DNA of 64,000 nucleotides from Phoronis australis (Eukaryota > Animalia > Phoronida), in NCBI GenBank assembly GCA_002633005.1, contig NMRA01000098.1:16388-80387 (forward strand), given 5' to 3'. How positions within the stretch are numbered: the first letter of the stretch is position 1; each line of letters begins with the position of its first letter. The notes below the pieces were generated by a model. The model made no database searches, had not been told where the DNA came from, and saw only the letters and a program-made list of their open reading frames with translations. Shown in pieces: positions 28,901-43,900 of the stretch. A program made the position numbers and the translations under genes.

Positions 28901-31900
28901 GTCCACGTAATGTTAATTGCTCTCGCAGTCGCCCCAACAAACACTTGTTCTGGAGGCTTTGGTACTAGAATGCGCAGATATATTCACATTTAAGATGACG
29001 AGACAAACATGACTCAACGAACAGGCAATTCCATCATTCTTTTGGATACGGAACATCCTCAGTCAATTAGCTTCAGGATAAGAAATAGTGCGAGTCCACT
29101 TTGTTTCAATTACTAAAATAATTTCACAATCTTCAGAACATATTCTAAAAAATTATTCAATGTTTTTAATTTTTAGTTTGGCAAGGTCGTAGCTATAAAA
29201 TTAAGCAATCCCAAGATCTTTGTAATTATAAAGAACTAGAGATCACAATTATTAATACCTCACTTTTGACAATTAACATTTCCTGAGCTCAAAAATTTTG
29301 CCAAGCATGGAGTGGATAAAATTGCTTTAGTAAGGTTGAAGGGAGTTGATAAAATGAAATACCTGTAACGACAAATATGTTTCCAGATGAAGCGTCTTCA
29401 AATCCTTCCAAGACAGTTGTGACAGTCACTGAATAGACGACTCCTGCCGTTAAGTCACCGCACACGCTTGTGTTTGTGGGTACTTTAACCTCGACTACGC
29501 GGTCATTGCCGCCAGATGTCCTGCACTCAATTCTGTACATCTTTTTGTATCCAAGTGCTTCTTCCCATGAAACAGTTATATGGCTTGTGGTCACAGACGT
29601 GGCGTTAATATTGGAAGCAACACCCAGGGCTGCAAAAACAAACGATTTTCATTTTGTTGGGGTTGAAGCACTTTTAAACATTACTTGTATAAGCTGTTCG
29701 AGCAAAATGCTTAACGCAAAACAAAGTTCAAACCAAAATGCCATTGCCATTTGCTGGCTTATCTTTTCTCTTGTGGCAAATGGCAATGTTTTTTACCATT
29801 ATCCATACTTTTGTTATGTACCTGGGTTTAATTTACATTGCGCACGCGTGTTTTTACACAAGTTGCTTCATGTGGTTGAAAGTTTTAGACACGTCGAGTT
29901 TTTCGGCAAAAACATCGTTTTTACGGTTCATGGGAGAAAACAAATCCTACACTCGTCTAAGGTTTATGAGATGGGCAAAACCTTCCTTGGTATTTTGATG
30001 AAATTTCCCAGATGTTTTGCCCATCTCATAAACCTGAGACGAGTGCAGGGTTCTCTATATATACCATGAATTATAAAGTAATCGTAACTTGCACTGAAAA
30101 TTACAAAGATCGTGCGAGGAATAACTTACGATTACGACAAGTTTCCCTTGAATTTGAGCTTAACTTTGGAGTCAGGTTTCGGTAGGTAAACTTGCTAGCA
30201 ATCACCACGTCGAAAATGCTACCTGGAGCTGGTGCCTTGGTCAGATATCTCTTCTCTACCAAAGCACTGATTTCATTTTCATCCAGAATGTTTTGTTTTG
30301 GAGAAATTTGTACCACACGAATGATGTACGAAGTAACTCCACTGCCAGACGGTGGGTTCCATCTTATTTCAATCCAGTGTCGAGAAACATCAATTGTCAT
30401 GCCCTCTGGTGGCAAAGGATCTAAGATAAAACTTAAACTTTTAATTGCAAAAACCCAAAATGATGCATCACGTTTACAAAGTCGTTTTTTTCCACAACTC
30501 ACATTCTGAAAGTACCCAAAGACCTTTTAAATTGCTACTTGAAAACAGCTTATAAGACATAACAAAATACGAAAAACAGTGAGCAGTGAACACCAATCCG
30601 TCTGAAACCGTAGTAATTCATACAGTCTGTATGCTTTTCATGATTTCTTAAAGAGGCATAGAATGTGCAAAACAGACTAAATTTCATTACTCAAAGTCAT
30701 TCTCTGCCACCATAAAATAAGTCAAACTGATCACCAGGTATTTTTATAGTTAATGCGTGAAGATTATGTTGATGTTAAAGCATTTTCCTTTAGTTTCAAA
30801 TTTAAAAAATGGCCTGTCAACTGCTCATCACTTCGTCAGGTTTTGTCCCACACGACAGTGCACGTCTTCTTTCTTCGTGTGGCACGACATAGACAGAGCA
30901 CATTTCCCTTATATAGAAATAATTATGACCTTTGACTTCTGATGTAAACGAAACAATGGCGAATTCACGAAGCAGACATTTATTGTTGAAGGCATGCACT
31001 TGTGGTACCCCAAACGTTTATTGTTGAAAGCGTGTACGAAAAATTGTCAGAAAATAATCATTGGCCAAGTGGGTGAAGGTTACGCACATTATCTGCGCTC
31101 TTAAATTACCTTTAGGTTACGCCGTAAAGAATTAATTTACACTGTTACATATTAATTTGTGCCGCAAATAGTTAATTTACGTCTTAATAATCATTTTATG
31201 CATTAAAAGTTAATTTATGTGGCAAACCAATTAATTTACGTCTCATACAACTAATATGCACCGTTAAAAATTAATTTACGTCACTAATGTTCGTCCACTT
31301 GGCCAACAATAATCAACTTAGTAAATTAATCATCTTATGGCGTAAATTAACTTTTAACAGTGTAAATTAACTATTTGCAGCGTATATCACCATTTAACTG
31401 CGTGAATTAATTATTTGCTGAACAAATTAGTTCTTAAAAGAGCGTAAAATAATTCTTTAGGGCGTAAATTAATTTATCCCATACGCGTTGAATCAGTGGA
31501 CGAAAATACGGCCATGTAATCATGTTTTCCGTATTCACCTCCCGCACTACTTCAACAGCGATCTCTGACATCCTTAGCCGGTTCGATCATCAAACTTTCG
31601 GAAAATAGTTTAAAGTAATACAATTGTAGCTGTGTAAATAACACTCAACATTCAGTCAGGTCTCAACCGTAACATCTGGAACAGGACTGGTATTATATGA
31701 CAATTCTGTCTCTGTTTTCAATTGCTAAATATTATATCGTCTGCAACTTATGCGCCGAATCCTCAGTAACTACAATATCAAATGTTGTTATTTAAATATT
31801 TTCAGGAGATGCTACAACTTCAATGCACAGTTACCGTTGTTTTCATCTTTGTAATCTCTTTTCAGGTAATAAATCGTTACATTTAAAACTGTTTCTTTTA

Positions 31901-34900
31901 CTAGACAAAACGTGCAACCTAATGCGCAAGTACATAGTACATATAGGATGTGATCCGCCACGTGAACAGTCTGTGTGAAGTATTTTAAAAAAATCTGCCG
32001 AAAAAAATGAAAGAAACTTAGGAATTCGAAGCGTATGGGATAAATACAAAACGTACCTCGATTGGCGTAGATGAAGTAATATCCCACTCGACATTATACC
32101 ACGTATCGGAATAATGTCTCGATCATTGGTCGAGGTCGATACGCGGAATAATGTGTGGTGGGATATTACTTCATCTACGTCACTCTCGGTACGTTTTGTG
32201 TATTACTTGCAACGTAAAGCAACATTTAAAGTAATTATTTGAGGCGTAAAGTAATTTCTTAAAGTAGCAAATAATTCATTTTATTAACCAAAGCACGTGA
32301 TCCAGTGGCGGATCTAGGATGTCATAAAGGGGCCCAACATTTTGTCTCGGGCAATCGCGTAAATCATGAGCACACCCAGCCTAAAATATAGGGGTCCCCT
32401 CCCACTCAGCCGTAAGTTAATTACCGCGGTTAATTAATAAACTCAATTTCCTCACGCTCTTAAAAAAGGTGTAGGTGGCTCGATGCCTTTTGCGGTACAT
32501 TAGGCGTGTTTAGGCCACAAGGCCGGGCCCATTATGCTGGTCACCTGGTTATGACTCGTGGGGACACGACATCACCGGATTCTTCATGGGTGAAATCTTC
32601 CAATTTTCCTATTTGTTTCAGAAAGATAGAAAGACTAGTAAACCTTATGTACTAACAGTGTTAACCAGGCAGGTTATGTGTCCATCCAGTAGTAGATTAC
32701 GGTGTCTATTGAAGGCAGGGCAAATCTCCATCAGATGTTGAGGAGTCTCGGCCTCCAAGCCACAGTTGGGACACAATGAACATGCCATGTGGCCTGTGAT
32801 GTTACGGTGCTGAGCTAGTTTGCAGTGTCCAGTAATAACCTGGATCAGCTGCCTTATAGCTAGCCAGCCAGCTGGCTGCATGAAGATTGTCGTCAAAATA
32901 CAGCTAGGTATCACTTAGCCAGCCAGCTAGCTGTATGAAGACTGTCGTCAAAATACAGCTAGGTACCACTGCGTGTATTTCTTCCGTAGACACCGAAATT
33001 GCACACAGCCAGGGTAGTTCTGCCCGTCACCTAGCCGTGAAACTTGTATCAACATGTAAAGCTAAAGACCGGACGGTGTGCATGCAAAATCTGAGAATCA
33101 AGTGACACTCACCTTGCCCGTTACAGCCGTTTAAGTGAAAAACAATGCAATAAACGTAATTTTTTCTTGCGTAACTCTCCGCCTTTTCTAACATGTCGTC
33201 GTTTTGAAAACAGTACGCTCGTGTCACGTGCACGCGCAATTTCCTAAATTTTTGCGACATCTCTCGGGGAGATGATGATAGCTTGGCAGCAGTAAAATTT
33301 CTTCTGAAATTCGGTTTTTCGGTATCAAAATTCTAAAAACTTATAATGAAGTGAAACCAGTTTTGATAATTTGTTGTGACGTGTACGCAACCTCGTGAAA
33401 GAAGGATAGTTGATTGAAGAATTGGCGAAAAAAGAAACTGGCCAATAGGTGACCCAACATTTCATGGCGCCGAAAGCCATCGCTAAAGATCGCTCCACAA
33501 CTTTAGCAGCAGAATAACGGTAGAACGCCATTTTTCCAACAGGTTAAATAATTTAATTTACTCAAGGAAGACTGTTGTTTTTAATTACATTAATTTCCTG
33601 TCAGATTTTATCTTACCACTTTTTTACCCACATCAGTGCAAAGCTGTATATTTATACAGCTTTGTACCAAGGCTAGGTATCACTATGTGTATTCCTTCCG
33701 TAGACCCCGAAATTACACACAGCCAGGGTAGCTCTGCTCGTCACCTCTCCGTGAAACTTGTATCAACATGTAAAGCTAAAGACCGGACGGGGTGCATGCA
33801 AAATCCGGGAATCAACCGAAACTCACCTTGCCCGTTACAGCCGTTAAAGTGAAAAACTATGCAATGAACGTCATTTTCTTGCGTAACTCGCGGCCTTTTC
33901 TAACAATGAAAAGTATGTCGTCGTTTTGAAAACAGTACGCTCGTGTCACGCGCACGCACCATTTCCTAAATTTTGCGACATCTCTCGGGAGCAGCAGCAA
34001 AATTTCTTCTGAAATTCGTTTTTCCTGTATCAAAATTCTAAAAACTTATAATGAAGTGAAACCAGTTCCGATAATTTGTTATAACCTGTACGCAACCTCG
34101 TGAAAGAAGAACAGTTGATTGAAGAATCGGCGAAAAAAGGAACTGGCGAATAGGTGACGCAATATTTCATAGCGCCGAAAGCCGTCGTTAAAGATCGCTC
34201 CACAACTTTAGCAGCAGAATTACGGTAGAACGCCATTTTTTCCAACACCGTTAAATAATTAAGTTTACTCAAGGAAGACTGTAGTTTTTAATGACACTAA
34301 TTTTGTGTCAGATTTTATCTTACCACTTTTTTACCTACATATTTAGTATACAGCTTTGTTCCAAGGCTACCTTATAGCAAGCCTATCTAAACATAACAGT
34401 TTCTTTGAACCTTTTGGGTCAATAGGACTTGGGAAAAGTTTATCTGCAGGCAGAGAGCTTTCTCCATGCATCCACGGACAGTTTACACACCCAGCGTCTT
34501 ACCTTTGCTCTGCAGCACCTATAAGCAACTGGTATGCAAGGTTGTGCTACAAAACAGGGTGCACTTGCTCCTTCTTTTGCAATTTTGTCAGCAGCTTCGT
34601 TACCGTAAATGCCAACATGGGCTTTAACTCAGTTCACATGAAAAGTTCTGCTCGCTGATAGATGGTTAAGCTCTTTTACACAGGCCAGGACACAATGGGA
34701 GTTGATCTTGGGCTTAATTAGAGCTTTAATAGCTGTTTGGCTGTCTGAGAGTATGAAGAGTTCCTTGTTTCCAAGGACTGCTTCATGCTCCCTTGCCAGC
34801 TGGGCAGCCTGGTGAATGGCAACAATTTCAGCCTGAAAGACTGTAACGGTGAGATCCAGCTTTCTTTGTCGTCACCTGCAAGGTCTGGAAAGTAAATTCC

Positions 34901-37900
34901 TGATCCTGACTGTCCGTTGTCAAGTTTGGAGCCATCAGTGTAACAAACGGACTGTTGGTCATTGTAATAAATGATTTCGTGACCATCTCCAATTTCTGTA
35001 TAAAAATTGTGTCTGTGATTTAGGGTCGTCACTAAAACATCACTTGGCCTAGCTAAAAGTGTTCCAGTTTCTGACATTAACCTGTTGCATACATTAACAT
35101 GGGTCTTTTAATGAGCAACAGTATCAGTGATTCGCGCATTGCTTCACTGCCCACGCTTTTGCTGTTTTATTGTTTTTTGCGGCTGCCAAGGGGGACAGGG
35201 ACTGGCCCCCTGCCCCCCACCCCTAAATCCGCCTATGTGATCTTTCTCAGCAAGATTCTTGCATCTACAGAATTTAACCCTATATTATGTGTTTACAGTG
35301 GCGGATCTAGGATATCACAAGGGGGGGCCCAACATTTTGTCTGTAAACATTTGCTCAAGCACGATTGTAGATGCGCATAGCACCGAATGGGGGGAGGTCG
35401 GGAGGGGAGTTTGCCCNNNNNNNNNNNNNNNNNNNNNNNNNNNNNNNNNNNNNNNNNNNNNNNNNNNNNNNNNNNNNNNNNNNNNNNNNNNNNNNNNNNN
35501 NNNNNNNNNNNNNNNNNNNNNNNNNNNNNNNNNNNNNNNNNNNNNNNNNNNNNNNNNNNNNNNNNNNNNNNNNNNNNNNNNNNNNNNNNNNNNNNNNNNN
35601 NNNNNNNNNNNNNNNNNNNNNNNNNNNNNNNNNNNNNNNNNNNNNNNNNNNNNNNNNNNNNNNNNNNNNNNNNNNNNNNNNNNNNNNNNNNNNNNNNNNN
35701 NNNNNNNNNNNNNNNNNNNNNNNNNNNNNNNNNNNNNNNNNNNNNNNNNNNNNNNNNNNNNNNNNNNNNNNNNNNNNNNNNNNNNNNNNNNNNNNNNNNN
35801 NNNNNNNNNNNNNNNNNNNNNNNNNNNNNNNNNNNNNNNNNNNNNNNNNNNNNNNNNNNNNNNNNNNNNNNNNNNNNNNNNNNNNNNNNNNNNNNNNNNN
35901 NNNNNNNNNNNNCGTATAATTTTAATTACCGGGGTTAATTAATAAACTCAACACTTCCCTACGCTCTTGCTGTTTTATTTGCGGCAGCCAAGGGGAGGCC
36001 GGGCCCCCTGGACCACCCCCTAAATCCGCCTATGGTTTACATCAGTGTCTTCCTGTGGTACGTTTTCGCTGAATAAAAACGGATAGCTCAAGTCTCTATT
36101 AGTACATGATATGCGGACCTAAGCATTGCCATTACTTTTTCTGTAAATTCGTAACACTTTGAACATGCAATAATAGCGGTATTAATATACAGAGAATCAG
36201 AATCATCTTTACAGTCTTTGGAATCGGGACTTGAAACTTGGTCAGGTTTTGAGTGATATTATTTTATTTTGAATATAAATAGATAAAGTCTTTAAAGTCA
36301 TGACTGGGGTGTGATGTCATTATCTCTGAAGCTCGGGCAGATTTTGAGTGAAACTTTTTGTTGGTATTACTTCATTTTGAATATATAAATGGATATATAA
36401 TTTCATAAACCGGTGGAAATATTTTGGTAAAAACTTTTAAAAACTTTTTACTGGGACTCTTTTGTTATCGGGGGTCTACTGTGTGTTGTTGCATCATTAC
36501 ATAGCCAAGTTTTCTGCCGAAGGCAAGAGTGACCACGAGTTATGCAACGACTGCCTGGGTCACGATGCTGTGCTCAATTCAACAATTCACAGTAAACACA
36601 AGGGGTGTCAAGTTTCCAATGCGCAGAACGCATAAGGACTACCTCCACTTGAATAGTCATATCAATACATGCGCGCACCCAGCCTGAAATATAAGGGTGC
36701 TACAATTTCTGAGAATGTGGACCTTTTACTAATAAAAAACGTGTTACGTTCAAAGATTTGAATTGTGCATTCGCTGACTTTCTGCCTTTTTAATAGACTT
36801 TTGTCTCATTTTCCCGGAATTTTTGTTTTTCTGAGGCGGACCTTTTGCCTACTTCGCCAAATTGGGGGCTCGATTGTTTTAACACTTAAAAGTGCGTTAC
36901 TTTAGGTAGTTTGAAACCGATAGTTTTATTTTCAAGTTATCACAACGGGAAATGTAATCATTGAGATTTTAATTAAAGGTTTAGTTAAAGGTTTGCAGAA
37001 AAGTTTTTAAAAATCGCAACCCTATAGGAAATAATAACCAGGCCCCGCCTGTCTAAAGTTAGTGAAACATTAGTTTATAACAAATCGTAGGAAAGCCACC
37101 CACAATACGTATTAATCTTTTTCAGGTCTATCAAAATATTTTAACACGGAGACAGGGTTGGAATTGATTGTTGCACTTTTGAATAACTAAGAAAGACATT
37201 TCTTTTTAGAACTTCACATCGGTTTATTAGACAAAAAATGGAGCATATGAAAGATGATTGGCTAAAATGACCGGAAACAGAGAAAGCTCTTTAACTAGCG
37301 GTATTTATGTAAACGAGAATGGACCCCAAATTTGTATGTTGCTACATGCTGATGATATGGTTGAATGTGCAGAGACAACATTTTTAATTACAGCACCGAT
37401 TTCTTGTTTTGTGTAAATACTGGCTGGATCGGGATATGAAGGTTAAATTTAAAAAAATAATAATAACAATAATATTTCGAAAGCGGGGCACTCTAATAAA
37501 AAATATGAAAATGGCATTTTGAGAATGCCAAAATTGATGTAGTCCCCATCATCGTATAAGTACGTGGGCCCAGTTAAACAGAAACCTAGTCTAATCAGTC
37601 ACAAAAGGTCCTTGACTTAACTCCGGTGCGAGAGGAGCGCCGATGTAAACAGCGAAGTCAGAGCCGCTCATATTGACTTCGGATGTTTATGGATATTGAA
37701 CCAAACGGTAGGTGACGATGTCGTCATCGCAGTCATTGCTCAAACATAAACTGTTTGACATCGCGACTGCCGCTAAAGGGTACGTTCCAACCCGTCCCAA
37801 CCCGGCCTTTTTGCAACTATGCGCATGCCGCTACGAAAGGTTCCCCATGGTTTCAGTTTCGATGAATGTAATCTATACAGAGCGATATTCATGGGTTGAG

Positions 37901-40900
37901 ATGACGGATTAGTCATAGCTAAAAATAAAAGCATGCGTCCCTGTTTTGAAGAATTTTTAGAACCTCAGTTTTGCTTTAGTGAACGGAGGCGTATTTTGTA
38001 GGACGTGTCAAACTGGGCCGGTAAGTTCTCTCGATTTTTAAAGAAAATTTCACTTTTCTAATTCATCATTTGAAGAAGACAAAAGTTGAGGTGTAGTGTA
38101 ATGGCGGAATTCCCAGTTCGAGAATGCTGTTTTGGAAAAAGTTTGAATGAAATTATTTCCCACTGTTTACATCTTCAAAAGGTCAGATTTACTTCATCAA
38201 ATGTTGTGCAGCGAAACAGACCTGGGACACCAGTGGCTGATTTAGATCCGGGCCATAGGGGCCATGCCCCCTCCCCCCTAAAACTCTCCCAGATTCCATT
38301 TGNCTGGATCCGACCCTTGTCCCGTTCCAAGAAACTGACTTAAGTTCATTTTTGACTTAAGTCTAAGATTTGCCTTAACTTCCAAAGTTTGAAACTTCCA
38401 CATGCCAAAAACTTAAGTCGAACTTAATATCTCTTTCCTGGAATGGGCTTAAGACAAATTTAAGTTTTATCTTGAAATTGAATGAAATTTAAGATTCGTC
38501 TAAGTCAGTTTTCTTGGAACAGGGCCCTGCTCAAGCCTGATGTACTGCAAAGATGTCAGACCACATACACACTGTTTTCTTAACTTCATAGTAACTGATG
38601 AAAAATGTCAAAATCTGTATTATTGTTTTTTCATAGTTCTTTGTTCTGGAGACGTCAATGTTGTCAACTGCACTTTGAGCCCTTGTCAATAATACTTGAT
38701 ATAAAATCCTTTATTAAACAGAAACATTCTGATCAATACATTCAAGTAAGTACTCATTCACGGTGAATGTACAATTTTTAAGAAAACTAGCACACACTCA
38801 ACACAAAAATAACAACTGTGAATTAGTTTGCTTATCAATTCGTATAGACATGTCCGATAGCTTTTGACCAGCAGTCTGTTAGATTGTTAGCAATGTAAAA
38901 GAAACTAGGGCATACCCGGTGACTCATAGAGTAGCACTTCACGTTGTCCCATGAAGCGGGGAAATCTAAGTTTTGCTTGTCGTTTCTTTTGAAAATCAAT
39001 ACCCTGATTATGAGACAAAAATTATAAATGTAAGCGACCCTCAATTTTGAAGAACTATAGTCACATTCTTGATTCTGATGAGAATGAAGAACTTTTTCAA
39101 ACAATGTTTTAGTACTGGTTCAGTTCTCTCGATTTCAATGAAGAGATTTACATTACTACTGACAAAGTCCCATTACTAAACAAAAATAGACAACTTTAAA
39201 GCCGAGATGTACTTTTATCTTTTTCTATACATTCAGTATCCGCGTGCATAAAACAAAATAATAACAGTTGGTACCGTAGCAGTGTGGACACGTTTTAGAT
39301 GAGTAAATGACTAACAGGTGAATATATTAATCGGCTCGAGGAATTACAGAGATTGTATGAAATTCTAATGAACAGATAATGATAATGAATAGATGATTCC
39401 TCTGAATTGATTAAAATTACAATGAATTTTTAAGAATTGTGCAATTAGAGGAATGTGATAGGTAATGTCAATGAATGGGTAATAGAAAATGAATGGATAA
39501 TTTCATTGGATGTTTTAAACTATGAAGAGTAACGACAATGAGTTACGCCACTTGCAGTTCTGAATTGTGTGCGTGATTCATAGCACCAGGACCATGAATA
39601 GACAGAGGGTAAATTTAACAAAAGCTGAAATTCATTGGCATTCACTAGATAGGTTATCGTATTGTTTGTCGTTTCTATCTGACTCAACAGTTTGAGTACT
39701 TCCTACCAAGGGCTATACTCCTTCAGTGTGTTTCGCGGGTATTTGTACATTTGGTCAACAACATTCAGCATTTGTTGACGTAGGTAAAAATAATTTTTTT
39801 CTAAGTATGAAAAACATAAGAGATTTGATTTGCCTAAGGAAAAAAACTGAAATTTTGTTACCCCCAACATCCACTCTTCCGACGGAGTCTCAGCTAAAAC
39901 TGCAATGGTTTAATATATACTGGAAAATTTGAAATAGCAAGGCTTTGGCCTGTATTGTAGTATAGCCACTCAGGAATCATTTTAGAAAAACGTTGGTATG
40001 AATGAATTTGTCCACAAGACATCAAGTCTATATGGCAATTTAGAGGACCTGCAAGCCATGTTATTTTTCGTCATTGTTCGCTTCCAGTTTTAATGAACCG
40101 GTTGGCTCTACTTAAAAAATCACAATGAGTTAACATGGGCGGCCTACCATAGGGGGCTGGGGGCTATTGCCCCCTCTTTTTCAGTGCTGCGCCGCCCATG
40201 GCTAATCAAATTATTTTTGTGTGCCAATGACGCGGGGCTCGTTCCCCAAAATTATCATTGATGGGTCAAATAATTTTCAAAGAAATCAAAACTAACAACT
40301 TTGCTGAATTTTCAAATGCATTTCTTTTTTCTCAAAATTGAGGAATAATCTAAACTAAACATGAAATTGTTAAAATGGCAAGAAATATAAAATCAATTTA
40401 AGCACGAAAGAAAATGTTGCTTTCCAAATTATATTTAGTATTACGTAAACTGTTGACCAGCGGAACAAACTTGAATCGGATTTATCAGGGTCACGCCACA
40501 CAAGTACGTGCAAGTGTTGACAAATGTTTTCAAAAAAATAAAATTCGTGGCCGGTTATGATACTATATTCAAGGGAAGTTTTCAGTGGTCGTCAATGTGA
40601 AGCAGAGCGTATGACGCTGTGCAAAATAGAAATTTAAAGAGCACTGCTTCATATCTTCAATAGACGTTGGTTTCCGTTTCAATTTCTTCCATGTACAAGT
40701 GTATCTGCATATGTAGATACAGATCGGGCTTGCCTAATTTATTTTCGACGCTAGTACTAGACAAAAATCATTCGTCGCAAATCTCGTTTCCAGAGTTGAA
40801 AAGCAAGCCAGAGGTTGGCGTAAATAGGTCGTTTATTCTGACTAGAATAGTGTCTAAACAGTGGTAAAATAATACTATCGCTGAAAAGATGGGCAATAAA

Positions 40901-43900
40901 AATCGCAACACGGAGGATCAAGAAATAGCAGGATGTTGGAGGAAGGGAAAACCCTTGGTAAAGAGTGGAGTAAGGAAATGTCAGAGAGAAACCGCACATC
41001 CGAATTGCAATAACTTCCAGCTGATAAATTCTGCACACTTAGTTTCGAAACCCAGATACATGTACCACAACTACCTTTAGGGTTGATGACGACGATTTAT
41101 AACTTGGATTTTACAATATAGGTTGGGCGGCTTTGTTAAGAAACTCGCCTGCACAGAATAAAATATAATGTTACAAAAGGAACAGAATGACGTCACTTAA
41201 TAGCAAGTACAACAACAAACGTTTACCTCAGGTCGTTATGATGACGATCTGTTTTGAAAATGCGGAAGAGAAATTTACATAAACAGTGAAACGATAGACG
41301 CTAATGAAATACGTGGGCGATCACGAACATCATGAAATACGACGGCCATTTTGTCTTCAAAATTAAATACTGAAAATCTGGATAGGTTTGCAGGTCTTTC
41401 TCGGATCCCTCTACCTCCTAAATCTGTCCGTGTGAAGAAATATCAGCATATTTAATCGAATCTCAAATTGTTGGCATCCTCTGTCCAACAATCTCATTCA
41501 CTGCATCCAACACTTTTCCTTCATGAAAGTGATTAGAAACTTTTTCTAGGGTATGATGAGTTTACAATTAACTGGATTAAACTTTTGCCAGTAATTCAGT
41601 TATCTGTATTTTCTCAGAGGCTTTGCACTGTTGCTCAAGTGACATTCGATTATTTCTTAGTGTGAAGCGTAAAACCAAATTTCTTACTTCAATCTTGGGA
41701 GAGTTTTTATGAAACACTCCCCTGGTTGCATTCCGTTAAACTGTTTTTGATATTTAAGAGAGATCACGCACAATCACGCATGTGATAAGGTGGCATTCCA
41801 TAAGCTCTTGGGGTTTGAGCCACGGTTGAATTTGGATGTCTCATTCATTAAAATTTGGCGACTGCAGGGTTGACTGGCATTTAAAGTTTTGTGCTTCATG
41901 TCGTATGCTTGACATTTGAGTCGTTTCTGAGTGAAATATTGCAAGTTGTTAACCCCTTGACCTACTTTTTGCTCAGTGGAGGCTGAAGAAGTTGAAATTT
42001 AGCAGAAAATCCAACTGCTCTTCAGATGCTTTGTATTTCTAAAAATGTGACTGGTTGAAACCTATTTTTCATCTCATTCCTGCTATCTAGAGAGTTTGTC
42101 TGAGTCTGAATGCTTTGTTTCTCAGTTGGTTGTAATGGTTTTGGGGTGAAAACTGCTAATTTGGTGTACTATAGATCGTTTCTTCAAGTAGCCAGCTGCA
42201 CTTTCGGTACTCGTACAGAGGAAAAATTTGGACTTTGCTATCGGTTTCAATAGAGTTAGTGCGTGCAAGGTCTATGAAGTCTTTTTCCTATTATAATACT
42301 ATTCTGATGCCTCTAGAGACCAATGATCAACTTATTCTCCAGTACAGTATAATGCTGTTCATATTTTCAGGTTTTTACACCCTGTGGAACAGACTTTTGG
42401 AGCTGCCAAGTCCGGATTTTTTTCAAGTCCAAAATCAGCAAAAACTGTTGAGTGCCACCTTGATAAATGTCGTGAGTAAGCTCGTGTTCTTATTAGCAAA
42501 CATAAGTAGCAACAAGGTCGCCACTGGCATGATTGGTGAACGAGGGTGGAATGTTGAATTTCGAGAGAAAGTTATTAGGAAACACGCTATTTCCGTTCTT
42601 TCCACAGCCGAAGATTTCTTTGCCCCAAGTGTTCAGCACGCATTCTTTGCGTAACCCACTTCTGCTTACACTAGAAAACTTGTTGATCACATGACCAAAC
42701 GTAACGCCGTAAACATGTTTAAAACCAGAGTAAAGATCAGTGACTCTAGGACCTCGTTAAAAAGAAAGACTTCGGGAGATTAAGTTGTGTACTTTAATTG
42801 AAAAGACGTGGTTTTGGCCAGATTTAGTGAGGTCCTAGCATAGGTCCTGGCGTTACTGAACTCTATCCCTGACTTAGACATTGTTGGTCCGTCTTCAAAC
42901 AATACCAAATTTTACAGTATTAAGTTTTTGTTCAAGATTGGCAAAAAAGTACCAACGAACAGCTAAAAGTCATCCAATGTCGCAAATTAAATTTTTTCCT
43001 TGAGAAATATGAATGGTTTTCAACAGGGGTCATTTTGCTGAATCTTTGACTCTTAAACAAAAAGTTGAAATTTAACGGCTCTCGTTTTTTTCTATATTAC
43101 AGGTCTGAACAATGATACAACAGAGTGGTGGAATACAACGTTTTGCACTGTTGTGGGCGTTACTTCTCATTTTACAGCAGTTTAACGTTGTTCTTCTCAT
43201 GAACCTTGCCGAGTTATCAGGTCATAGCACAATTAAAAATGAGCAGAGGCGATGGAAACAGAGTAGTAGAGGCCTTCCATCCTTACCTGGTGCTTTCCAA
43301 AATTCAAACCGTTCAGATCAAAGTGAACAGCATAACGTGGTAACGAGGTTACAGAAAATCGCAAGTGCAGAGTCGTTCAAACCAAATGCGGCAGAGGGGG
43401 CAGAAGGGCTACAGTCTTCAACACCTGCGCAGGCTGAGCGTCAAAAGCGCTCAGTTGGCGAAGACATGCACAGAGTGATTGAAGCTATCAAAGCAAGTGT
43501 AGAGACAATGGACAACAGGGACGCTTTTGCAAGGAACGTGTCGACATGGTTGAAATCTTGCCACTCGTACAGAGATCAAAATATTCAGTTCTGGAGAAAG
43601 CACGTGGCTATGTATCCGTTCTTCCTCGTGACGTTGTCAATGGCGCTGTACGTAACAGGCTGTAGTGAAGAATTGAGAAATCGCTTGCAAGAACTCCTTG
43701 GCATAATTGATGCAAACGACGTGATCGATTTTGTTGAGGACCTCAACATTTTTCAAGTAAAAGACATGATACGCGGCGCCTCAGAGAGAGATTTCATGCA
43801 CGACGCTGACACGCCTGAAGCTATGATTAATGCAGAAAGTGAAGAGATCGTGGTTGAAAATTTCAAAAACATCAATCTACTCTCTGAAATCTTTGACAAT

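Noticed and set aside
35259-35942. Long ORFs of 182-227 aa
   Set aside because: Consist mostly of N-gap codons
42235-42654. 139 aa ORF upstream of the nested gene as a possible immunity or partner gene
   Set aside because: Non-ATG start and no recognisable motif; no support for coding
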